The position numbers and the translations under genes are program-made. 64,000 nt of DNA. Source: Squalus acanthias. Taxonomy: Eukaryota. Positions 39,556-49,842 of this stretch are shown piece after piece (within the stretch, counting starts at the first letter, position 1; the number at the start of each line of letters is the position of its first letter). The stretch is taken from positions 7,998,001 to 8,062,000 of the forward strand of contig CM059452.1 of the NCBI GenBank assembly GCA_030390025.1, given 5' to 3'. Below the pieces are notes generated by a model that searched no databases, was not told the origin of the DNA, and was given only the letters and a program-made list of their open reading frames with translations.

Positions 39556-40718
39556 TTCCGTTTTTGTCTGTAATATTGCGCAGTCCTTTACACATCTCCC
39601 CTGTCAGTTTCCCGGACCCTTTGATCGCGGCCTGCACTCTTTGATCAGAGTATGTTGCTGGGTCAGAAACTTTATACACAATGAACAGATTTCAGATTTT
39701 CAGAAGGTAGTGATTGAGCTCTTTAAAACAAGCCCCAAGCACAGAGTTCCCACAATGTCCATTGTCCTTCAGATTGTCTCTTCCGTGCCGGAATATTTTC
39801 TGTCACCATTTACAATCCTGAGTTTCCGGTTACAATAACCAGACAAGAGTTTCATTCCCAACCCGGTCTCTAAAAACGGAACAATTCGCCTGTCAGGACA
39901 CTGACTGTAGCCCAGCTCGGGGTGATTCCACTTAATGTACTGCCAGCTCACCACCTACCGGTATCACAACACCACTGGGGACTCCAGGAAGTGAGGTGAG
40001 AGCATCCTGAGACACGGCAGTAGATTATTGAGGGTGGGTTTAGAACGGGTGTCTTCAAATATCCACCCCCCACCCAATTTTACAGAGCGGACAGCGACAA
40101 TGCGGCTACTCAGCATCTGGGCTGTGTGACGAGCATTTCTGGCCGGTAATTATGGATCAAACGCATTTAATCTGCTTTCATTTCCAACAGAGGCACTGGG
40201 GCAGCGCAGATATCTCGGAGTGTTGTGGGGCTGGAGGAGATAACAGAGATAGGGAGGGGCGAGGCCTTGGAGTGATTTGAAAACAAGGATGTGATTTTAA
40301 AATGGAGGCGTTGTCAGACCGGGAGCCAATGTAGGTCAGCGAGCACAGGTGTGATGGGTGAACAGGACTTGGAGGGAGTTAGGATACAGGCATCAGAGCT
40401 TTTAATGTGCTCAAGTTTACAGAGAGTGCAAGGCAGGAAGCCGGCCAGGAGAGCGTTGAAATAGTCGAGTCTAGAGGTAACAAGGACACGGATGATGGTT
40501 TCAGCAGAAGGTGAGCAGCGGTAGGGGCGACGTTAAAATGCTGTCACCCAAATAATGCATTCGGTCCATTTACCAGGAATAGAATTGCACGAGACACTTC
40601 CTCACCTTCTGTTATACCTTCCTTGAGAACAGTTTCTTACTTTACTCAGTATAACAGATTGCAACGGGAAATAGAACTGTTATTCCAAGGGGTTGTTGGT
40701 GGAGATACAATAGAGTCC

Positions 40719-41135
40719 ATGTCGTACCGTCACCTCGTTATTTTGTGGCTGGTGATCGGTAGGTAAGGCCAGGCCTTGTGTCTGTTTGCACCAATGTGAT
40801 GCTAATAGGCTTTCTATCTCAGTATTGTATTCAACCATCAGTTAACTTTTATTCGGGGGAGATTCAAGCAGTTTCAGTGTCACTGAAGGAAATGGTGTGA
40901 AAATAGACTGTAGCTACACAACAAGGCTCAGTAACCCCGATCTGTACTGGTACCAGCAGCACACGGACCAGGCTCCGTGTTTTATTTTGTATCGGGATAA
41001 GAGTGCAAAAATAAGGCGGATTTTACCAAGGGAAGGTTCAATGCCGGCCAAACCAATACAGAAACAAATATCCTTTAACGGTCACTTGAGCGCAAAATCC
41101 AGGACTCCGCCGTGTATTTCTGTCTACTGAGCCGC
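40719..41135 (+). pseudogene. TCR V pseudogene (acceptor AG->GG, FR1 deletion, frameshift, decayed RSS)
   Basis: Leader MSYRHLVILWLVI|gtaggt; KIDCSY..LYWYQQ..DSAVYFC; paralog of 18219. Confidence 0.85.
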
Positions 41136-41250
41136 ATAGAGTTTTAAACTCATCTGTCGCTGTTAAAATCCTCGGCGAAATAAAACTGCCGGAGAGAAAA
41201 CCCCCAGTTCAAGGCAACCCGCCCTTGTCAATAAGTATCAGCCATGGGAT

Positions 41251-41284
<34 letters not shown>

Positions 41285-42777
41285 GCCCATACATATATAC
41301 AAACACACACACACACATACGCCCGTGCATATACACACGCACACACATACGCCCAAACATATACACGCACACAGGTAACGTAAACCTAGATAACCACAAG
41401 TGGTTGACCTGTTGTGGAGGATCTTTATTTATATTCAGCTGAGTTGTTTGAGACGGAAGATCTTTAAGAAGTGATCAGACAGCGCCCTCATGTGTTCCTA
41501 CAATCCTCACATAGAGCATTGGAAACACAGAAACTCAGACAAATAAACGCACACAGACAAACATGCACAGATCAACACAGATAGACTGATAAACACAGAC
41601 ACACACCTTGACAGAGACAGACAGGTAAACACACACAGACAGATAAACACACACAGACAAACACTCACAGATAAACACAGACAGACAGATAAACGCAGAG
41701 AGACACAGACAAAAATGTTCGAGAGTAAACTGTGGTTAATGGGAAATTCTGAAGTAGTGACGTTGCGACAACATCGTGTCAGATTTTAATTTCTAACAAA
41801 TGGAACTTTTTTCATCAACAAGAAAAGACTAAAATCGATTCCTCATTAACCGTCAGCATCGCGTTTAAAACACGGTTAAAATGGGAATTCTTTTGAAGAA
41901 TAGACTTCAATCGAAAGGATTTCTTCGTCCTTAGGAGCATTTCCGGGATGTGTCCAGGACATTGTGGGTGAGGCCGGTAACGGTCAGACAGAATCCTCAC
42001 CCATTCCCGGGATCGGATGATCAGATATCCGGGACAAAGCAGTGCAGCTCACGGAGCCTGTGTGCCGGGGCCGCGGGCAGGGTTGATGAACACAGACAGC
42101 GACAATGATCACCGGCAGCTCATTGAAACCAGGCTCTTGGCTTGAGTCAGGAAAAGGCTGGACTCCGTGTGGTGTCAGCAACATTTCAACTTCTCCCCTT
42201 CAGTCCGAGAGCTGCAACTGAGAGGAGGCACCGGGTGAAGTGCGGGGTCCCAGTGCGGGGAGACTGCGGCCATGATCGAGCAGAGGTTTAACCGAGGTCC
42301 CGCCAGCCCGTTCAGCAGGATGTTAAAGAATCCCCGGCACTATTGGAATAAGAGCGGGGGATTCTGCCGGTGTCCTGGGCCCACATTCCACTCTCAACAA
42401 ACATCACCCAATTAAACACTTGAACCGACCTCCCAGCTCATTACTGCGGGGCAAAGGACACCGGCAGCCTCTGCTGACAGAACAACTCCCCCCTGTACAT
42501 CAGACTAATGTGGGAGGGGCCTTCACATCGGGCTCAGAGACCCAATAAAGGGCCAGAAAACTGCAGGTTCCTTATTTGAACCTGTCGCTTATTCAAACAA
42601 CACACAGCCAGAGATCCGTGCGGCCCATCAATGATCTCCGGGGCACCGCCCTGTGCTAATTAACTCGGTCTCCTGAAGTATTTCAGTCCAGGTCTGTGGT
42701 ACAGTCTCCCAGAGCAGTCCAGGGCTGCAGTCTCCAACTCCCCGCCATATAAACAATCAGACCCAGGCAGCAGAACG

Positions 42778-43259
42778 ATGGGAATCCTCCTTGTTTTCAC
42801 CCTGTGTGTCTGTTTACCCCGTGAGTACCGATCAAACAAACCGACATTGTGTGGATTTAATATAAAGCTGCCCGGGTCCATCCGAATTGCGGACACTGTC
42901 TGGGTTTTAGCCCCGTTGTGTGGTTCGGCTCTGATGGCCCATTAAATTCTCTCTGTTTAATTTCCAGGCTCTTTCAGTCAGTCAGTGGTACAGACCCCAC
43001 CAGCGGTGACCAGGGAGGAGTGTCAGTCTCTCACCATCACCTGTGTTTTCTCTGGTGGTTATTGGGATTATAATTTTCTAAATGGACATTTCTTCAGACA
43101 AACCCAGACCGGGACGGAGTGGGAGCGGATCTCCGGTGGAGAGCGATTTGTTGTGAGGACGAATACGGCAGAAAAGACATTTTCGCTCGAAATTCGGGAT
43201 GTGCGAGTTGAAGACAGCGCCACCTATTACTGTAAAGCTGAGTACCAGTATGATAACTA
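42778..43259 (+). CDS. NARTCR: NAR-TCR V segment (leader 42778-42820, V exon 42968-43259)
   Basis: TATAAA at 42748; MGILLVFTLCVCLP|gtgagt; VVQTPPAVTREECQSLTITC..ERISGGERF..KTFSLEIRDVRVEDSATYYCKA (IgNAR-like V lacking CDR2); RSS cacagtg + 22 + acaaaaact (43260-43297). Confidence 0.9.
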
Positions 43260-43649
43260 CACAGTGATGGGCCTCGGCTTCCCGCGATACAAAAACTCTC
43301 ACTGCAGATTGTGACAGAAACAAATGAAAAAGCGGAGTCAATCTGCCGTTAAACCCACAGTTCCGCCTCGCGCCGTCTGCCCCACAGTCTAGTTTATAAT
43401 CAGATTGGATTATTGCAGTTAACACCTTGAGTTTTGTAAATGCTGAGTGTGTGCGGGCGGTGACGTCTTTCCCGGGATCGGTGTCAATGAATGGCGATTG
43501 GGAATGACTGATCCCAGTTACAAGTCCCGAACACCAGATGGGATCCTGTTCTAACAGCTGGAAACGGGAACCGCGGTCCCCGCCGTATAACTAATGTCCC
43601 CCCATCTCACCGAGTCCCGGGGGATTTGATGCTGACTTGAAACACTGTG

Positions 43650-43662
43650 TTTACTGGAGCCT
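43650..43662 (+). other. NAR-TCR D segment (tttactggagcct) with 12/12 RSS
   Basis: ggatttgat + 12 + cactgtg (43622-43649); cacagtg + 12 + gcaaatacc (43663-43690). Confidence 0.88.
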
Positions 43663-44045
43663 CACAGTGGCTGAGACCTGAGCAAATACCTGTGTACAAT
43701 TAAAATATAAATTCCCCGGGCCCGGAACCTGAATTGTGGGTTTGATCTTATTATCGCTGTAATCTGGTTTAATTTAATTGTAATTTCCTGCTTTCAGTTT
43801 TCTTTCTTTGATATTTTCTCTGTTTCTATGAAGCGCCCATCTCCGGCCCGTGTTCCTGGGCCATTTTACTGAGAGCTCAGAGTCTCACAAAGAACAGTTT
43901 GAACCGACGGGGACTGTGGAACACGGAATATTGTTTATTGATCCCTGGAATAATTGGGCAGCGCCGACTGTCTGGTGATGTGTGTCCGGCAGATTGAGGT
44001 GTCGGTGGTTCTTGTACCGGGGTGACTGAGAGCGGTTTCACTGTG

Positions 44046-44093
44046 GTTATAGATATGTGGATGGATCCGGGACGGTGGTGACTGTCACAACCG
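44046..44093 (+). CDS. NAR-TCR J segment
   Basis: ggttcttgt + 23 + cactgtg (44007-44045); YRYVDGSGTVVTVTT|gtaagt. Confidence 0.9.
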
Positions 44094-44839
44094 GTAAGTG
44101 ACTCCAAACCCCGCCGTGTTACAGACTGTCCCGGTTAATGTTCACCGTCAGTTTATTATTGTGATCAGTATCACCTCAATCCCTTCAAAATCAAACTGAG
44201 CGGTTTTCTAAGGGGGTTTCATTGCAGTTTTAGATTGGGGGGCAGAATATGAACCGGGGTCGGGTCCGTGTGTGAGTCCGGAGAGAGGAGGTGTGAGACC
44301 CCCACGGAGCAGGCAGTCTGGGGGTTTTGACCCCATCTGGACCATCATTGATTTAACGGGGACCTCGGAGATCCCATGAACATCCCGGACTCTCTCCCAA
44401 TGGCCTGTTTCTGTGTTCTACATTCTGTGTGATGCTGTGTAATATTTAATTATCATGTTTGAGAGATCGGATTGCAGTAATTTATCTGTATGCCTGTTTA
44501 CTTTTAACTGAAACAACACTGGGCAGTGAGGGAGTGAGGGCGAGGTTCTAATGTTCTTATAAAGGAGAGCAGGAACACCCGAGGGAACAAGTACAGACTG
44601 GAGGGAAGCCCATTTAGAACCAGCAAGAAATCATTCACCGAAAGGGAGAGAAATATCGGACTTCACCGGCCGGGCGGGGGTGTGGAGACACCGGTCTCTG
44701 GGCCGTTCAAAGCACAGTCCGACACTGGGGCAGTGAGATTTACTGGAGGGACGGGCTGCGATTGGGCACCGGCCCTTTTCTCAGCTTTGGATTTCTTGCA
44801 CTCCTGAGAAAAGACATCAGCAGCAATCCACACATTTCT

Positions 44840-45280
44840 GGAAAGATTGAACAGGCGGGGGACTCTTTCTCTGGAAAAGAGAAGAAAACGAGGAGACCTG
44901 ATGGAGGTGATTAAAATGATGAAGGGGTTCGATAGGGTGCACGTGGGGAAACTGTTTCCATTGTGGGTGAGTCCAGAACAAGGGGCCACAAATATAAGAT
45001 AGTCACTAACAGAACAAATAAAGACATTGGGAAGAATTTATTCACACAGAGAGGCGTCAGAATGTGGAACTCGCTGCCACACGGAGTGGTTGGAGCAGAT
45101 AGCGTTGATGCATTTAAGGGGAGGCTTGAAAAATACAGGAGAGAGAAAGGAATCGAGGGACACAGGGGTCAGGGTGGGAAGAGGTAATTAGAGTGGGAGG
45201 AGGCTCGTGTGGAGTATAAACACCGGCACAGACCAGTTGGACCGAATGGCCTGTTCCTGTTCTGCAGATTCTGTATAATG
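44840..45280 (+). mobile_element. CR1 3' fragment
   Basis: GESRTRGHKYK..TQRGVRMWNSLP plus tail. Confidence 0.8.
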
Positions 45281-46285
45281 TAAAACTCAGAGAAAACTCC
45301 GCCCGGAGAACACGGAGAGAATCAGCCAATGGGCTGAAGGAATTGAAGTTGTCAGAGAGCCGGAAGAGCCAGTTTCCAGTGAGTAACAGTAAAACCACTG
45401 CGGAAACTTCACAGACTGAACCCAACCGACAACTGTGAGACTTTGGGACAAGTTCTCAGGCTGGCAAAAAACCACAAACAGCACAAAGTGAGCGACCCAG
45501 ATGTAGAAATAAAATGAAACTAACTGTAAATAATTCAAATTAAAGTGAAATGGAGCAAAGGGGCCCCACTGATGGAAGAAAAGAGACAAATAGAGCGAGA
45601 GGCAGACAGGAGCTCCCGTGAACTGTTGAACTGCAGTAAAAGATTGACCTTTGACCCACAGATTTTCAGTGTCAGTTTGGCTCAGTCGGTGCTGAGGAAT
45701 CTCACTGCTTTCAGTTGGATCTTGCTGTGCGCAGTGACATAACACAGCCGGGTCACTCTCGGTCAAACATCATTGGAATGTGGTTGTCTCAGTGAGGAGG
45801 AGAATTTACTATTATTTTTTCGGGTTTATCTTTCACGAAGAAAAATAAAACCAGAAATTCAATAGAAATCATAGAATGATACAGCAGAGAAGGAGGACAT
45901 TCGGCCCACCTTGCCTGTGCGGCTCTTTGAAGGAACTATTCAATTAGTCCCAATCGCCCTGCTCTTTCCCCATAGTCCTGACAAATTTTCCTTTTCCAGT
46001 ATTGATCCAATTTCCTGTTGAAAGTTACTATTGAATCTGCTCCCACCACCCTTTCAGGCAGTGCATTCCAGATCATAAAGGCTCACTGCGTAAAGACATT
46101 TCCCTTCCACCCACCCCGCCCCCCTCCCCACGCCGGTGCTTTTGCCAATGACAGTGAATAAAGTTGGAACAGGCTTCAAATGAAGCACAGCATTACCGCG
46201 AGACGCAGAACTATTCCTGTGATTGACAAGTGTCCCCGGTAAACAACAGGCAAATAAATAACATTTCCCCATTTTAATCCTGCAG

Positions 46286-46591
46286 ATTCCAGTTTCTCGG
46301 TGTCCCAGGGTCCGCCTCTACAAACCTCTGCTGCCGGAGACACCGTTACTTTAAACTGCGAATATTCAGGGTTCTGTCAGCACACAGTACACTGGTACCG
46401 TCAGTCCCCAGGGCAGGCTCCGAAATACCTGCTTCAGAGACACACTTCAGGAGAGGGGAATAAAGAAAACGCTGCCGGTGGCCGAATTTCTGCTTCTGTC
46501 GATGGTGCGCAGAAAATCAGCCGCTTAAACATCGCGAAACTGCAACTGAGTGACTCCGCTGTGTATTACTGTGCACTGAGTCCGCGCACAG
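46286..46591 (+). CDS. Leaderless NAR-TCR-supporting TCR V-delta segment
   Basis: ctgcag acceptor with no leader exon between J and V; LNCEYSGFCQHTVHWYRQ (extra CDR1 Cys)..YYCALSP; perfect RSS cacagtg + 23 + acaaaaacc (46592-46630). Confidence 0.9.
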
Positions 46592-47224
46592 CACAGTGAT
46601 ACACAGCACGGAGAGAGCCGTACAAAAACCTGAACATTGTGGGGATTACAGACACACAGTGATACAGAGCACGGAGAGAGTTCACAAACCTGAACATGGT
46701 GGGGATTACAGACACACAGTGATACAGAGCACGGAGAGAGTTCACAAACCTGAACATGGTGGGGATTACAGACACACAGTGATACACAGCACGGAGAGAG
46801 TTCACAAACCTGAACATGGTGGGGATTACAGACACACAGTGATACACAGCACGCAGAGAACCGTACAAAAACCTGAACATGGTGGGGATTACAGACACAC
46901 AGTGATAGAGAGCGCGGAGAGAGTTCACAAACCTGAACATGGTGGGGATTCCAGACACACAGTGATACAGAGCACGGAGAGAGTTCACAAACCTGAACAT
47001 GGTGAGGATTACAGACACACAGTGATACAGAGCACGGAGAGAGTTCACAAACCTGAACATGGTGGGGATTACAGAAACACAGTGATACAGAGCACGGAGA
47101 GAGTTCACAAACCTGAACATGGTGGGGATTACAGACACACAGTGATACAGAGCACGGAGAGAGTTCACAAACCTGAACATGGTGGGGATTACAGACACAC
47201 AGTGATACAGAGCGCGGAGAGAGA
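46592..47224 (+). repeat. Tandem array of 11 RSS-derived 60/63-bp units
   Basis: cacagtg at 46592, 46655, 46715, 46775, 46835, 46898, 46958, 47018, 47078, 47138 and 47198; units 1 and 5 are perfect 23-RSSs. Confidence 0.95.
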
Positions 47225-49329
47225 GATAAATATTCTTCTTGGATGCATTCTAGACGAATCTTAGAGTTTTACCCTACAGAAACAACTGATTAAGCCCATC
47301 AAGTCTACACTTTTCTTTTCGCTCCTCACACCCTTTAATATTACCTTCTTTCGAGTCTCCTATCCAATTCCCCAGTTTAAATATTTGATGCATTTATTCC
47401 ACATTTTCACTTCCTTCTGTGTAAATAATTGTTTTTCTCAACTGAAACATTTATATTTTGCCGAGTGATATTTCACCCTAGGAGTTATATTTATTGTCCG
47501 CCTGTTTTCACAGGGACCAGCAGAGTTTCATATTTCCTTTTCTTTGGTTCAATCCGTCTTTCAACGCTTGGGTTGATGAGCGGTCTCCACCTCCTGGGAT
47601 TTCCCGGATTTGGGTGTCAATCTGCTCAGAGATTCTCTCCGCTCAACAGGACACCCGCAGTCTGTCCGGACCAACAACCCGGCCAGCTCCCGGCTGAAGG
47701 AGTTTGGGTTTGGATTCACTGAGTTAATGACTCGGCCATGGAAGGCTGCGGCTCCCACAATTCACAGCAGCAGGTAAAAGTCCCATTGTGACACGGGCCG
47801 CGCTGCACTCTGGGAGAACTGTCCGCACATTTGCACCTCAGAAAACCTTTTAATGACAACTTTTTTATTCTCTCCTGTGCCAGAATTTCACTTTAATCGA
47901 TTAAGATCGAGCATTTATTTTGAAGGAAACTGATGTAAAATTGTTTTTCAATCGCGGTTATACGTCATACGTCACACAAACATTACCGACTGTATGTCAC
48001 ACAAACTTGGCCAACGCAGGTTTGCCCTGCAGTTGATGACGCCATAATCCCTCAGCATATCACAGCAACGTTATTGCCGGTTTCCCCCATTGATTCAGGG
48101 TTAGGAGATCACGGGGCGTCTCCAGCCTCCGCTCAGCGCTAAAGAGCTCCAGTTTGTGGCATCTGTGACCCCTGACTCAGTCCTATTACCAGAAGAGGGG
48201 GGGGGGCAGCACGGGGCCTCTTAAAGGGACACTGCACTCCATGAGAATCACCGAGCCCGGAGTCAGTGAGAGCCTGGGAACAGGGATGTGAGACGAGGGT
48301 GACATTAGAGGGGATGGCGGCCCCGGATAGGGGGAGGGGTGAGAGATTGTGGCAGAGACGGAGTAAAAGCACCAACTCCATACATTCCCAATCTTCCTTC
48401 AGACGGTCCGTTAATTCTTCCCTCTCTTAACCCGATGTCATATTCAACTGTGGGAGACCTCACGCCTGAATTTAAGGAGTTTCGAAGAAGAGCAGAACCG
48501 CATTTGAAGGAAAATGCCAGAAGATACTCGGGCCTGGCCAGAAACCTCTGGAGATGTTCACGTGGCACGGAGTCACCGAACTAATCTGATGAGACGGTGA
48601 AGGACGTGGAGCGAAAGTTCAAGGAAACAGGTAGCAAATATCTGAAGGTCACTGCGGATCTCGGAGGTTATGTTCAGTGAGTTCAGGTCGATGGTATGAG
48701 AGGGAATGGAGGAACACAGGGAGAAAGGATCCCTGAGGTGATGTTCAGTGAGTTCAGGTGGATGATTTGAGAGGGAATGGAGCAAGAACAGGGAGAAAGG
48801 ATCCCTAGGGTGAAGTTCAGTGAGCTCAGGGAGATGATGTCAGAGGGAATGGAGCAGAGCAGGGAGAAATGTCGTCAGGGAAACAGGAGACAGAGGGCCA
48901 GGGTGAATGGGTGTGGCTGAGATTGAAGAAGGCTTGGAAGTGGTTAACCCAGTGCTGGGCCTACTTTGCTCCTTTGGTCTGTGTGGACCATTTGAACTCG
49001 GGTCTCCTTTAAAGGGGCGATTCCAAAACAAAAATATATTCCACTAGTGCCCACCCGAGAGGAGGGCTCCACTCGCACACTTGGCCTGAACAAAACTAAA
49101 ATTATATTCCATTAGAATTTGATTTTATCACAACCTTTATCTAGTTGTGCCCACTGGATGCAGAAGGCTCTAAATGAGTCTGTGGATACCGTGCGATCCC
49201 TCATCTCCTCTCCCTCAAATACTGTCTAAAAGCTGAAGAGAGGCTGTGTCAGATAGGCCCCAGGCTCTGGGAATCATCCCCAGGGTTTGTGCTCCCTGGT
49301 GCATCTGTGTCAGATATCTATCTCGTGAT

Positions 49330-49791
49330 GTCCCTGCCCTGGGAGTGTTCGATGGGACAGTGAAGAGGGACCTTTACGCTGTATCTAACCCGTGCTGTAC
49401 CTGCCCTGGGAGTGTTTGATGGGACAGTGTATGGGAGCTTTATTCTGTATCTAACCCGTACTGTACCTGCCCTGGGAGTGTTTGATGGGACAGTTTAGAG
49501 GGAGGTTTACTCGATATCTAACCCGTGCTGTACCTGCCCTGGGAGTATTTGATGGGACAGTGAAGAGGGAGCTTTACGCTGTATCTAACCCGTGCTGTAC
49601 CTGCCCCGGGAGTGTTTGATGGGACAGTGTAGAGGGAGCTTTACTCTGTATCTAACCCGTACTGTACCTGCCCTGGGAGTGTTTGATGGGACAGTGTAGA
49701 GGGAGGTTTACTCGATATCTAACCTGTGCTGTACCCGCCCTGGGAGTGTTTGATGGGACAGTGTAGAGGGAGGTTTACTCGATATCTAACC
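49330..49791 (-). repeat. 67-bp satellite array (~7 units)
   Basis: Reverse complement of the 24630-25730 unit. Confidence 0.93.
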
Positions 49792-49842
49792 TATCTATCC
49801 TCGACTACTGGAGACAAGGCACCACCGTGACGGTGATTGCAG
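49792..49842 (+). pseudogene. IGHJ: Ig heavy-chain (IgM-type) JH segment lacking an RSS, WGQG->WRQG
   Basis: SILDYWRQGTTVTVIA|gtgaga; satellite directly abuts its 5' end. Confidence 0.82.

Noticed and set aside
43300-44000. Additional NAR-TCR D segments (cacagtt, cacagtc, gactgtg)
   Set aside because: No paired heptamers with correctly spaced nonamers other than 43650-43662
45375-45425. Leader-like peptide (LGSVCEVSAVVLLLLTG) on the - strand upstream of the supporting V
   Set aside because: No ATG, no GT donor, wrong strand
46596-47264. 222-aa and 210-aa repetitive ORFs over the RSS array
   Set aside because: Artefact of 60/63-bp units (multiples of 3); no ATG or splice support
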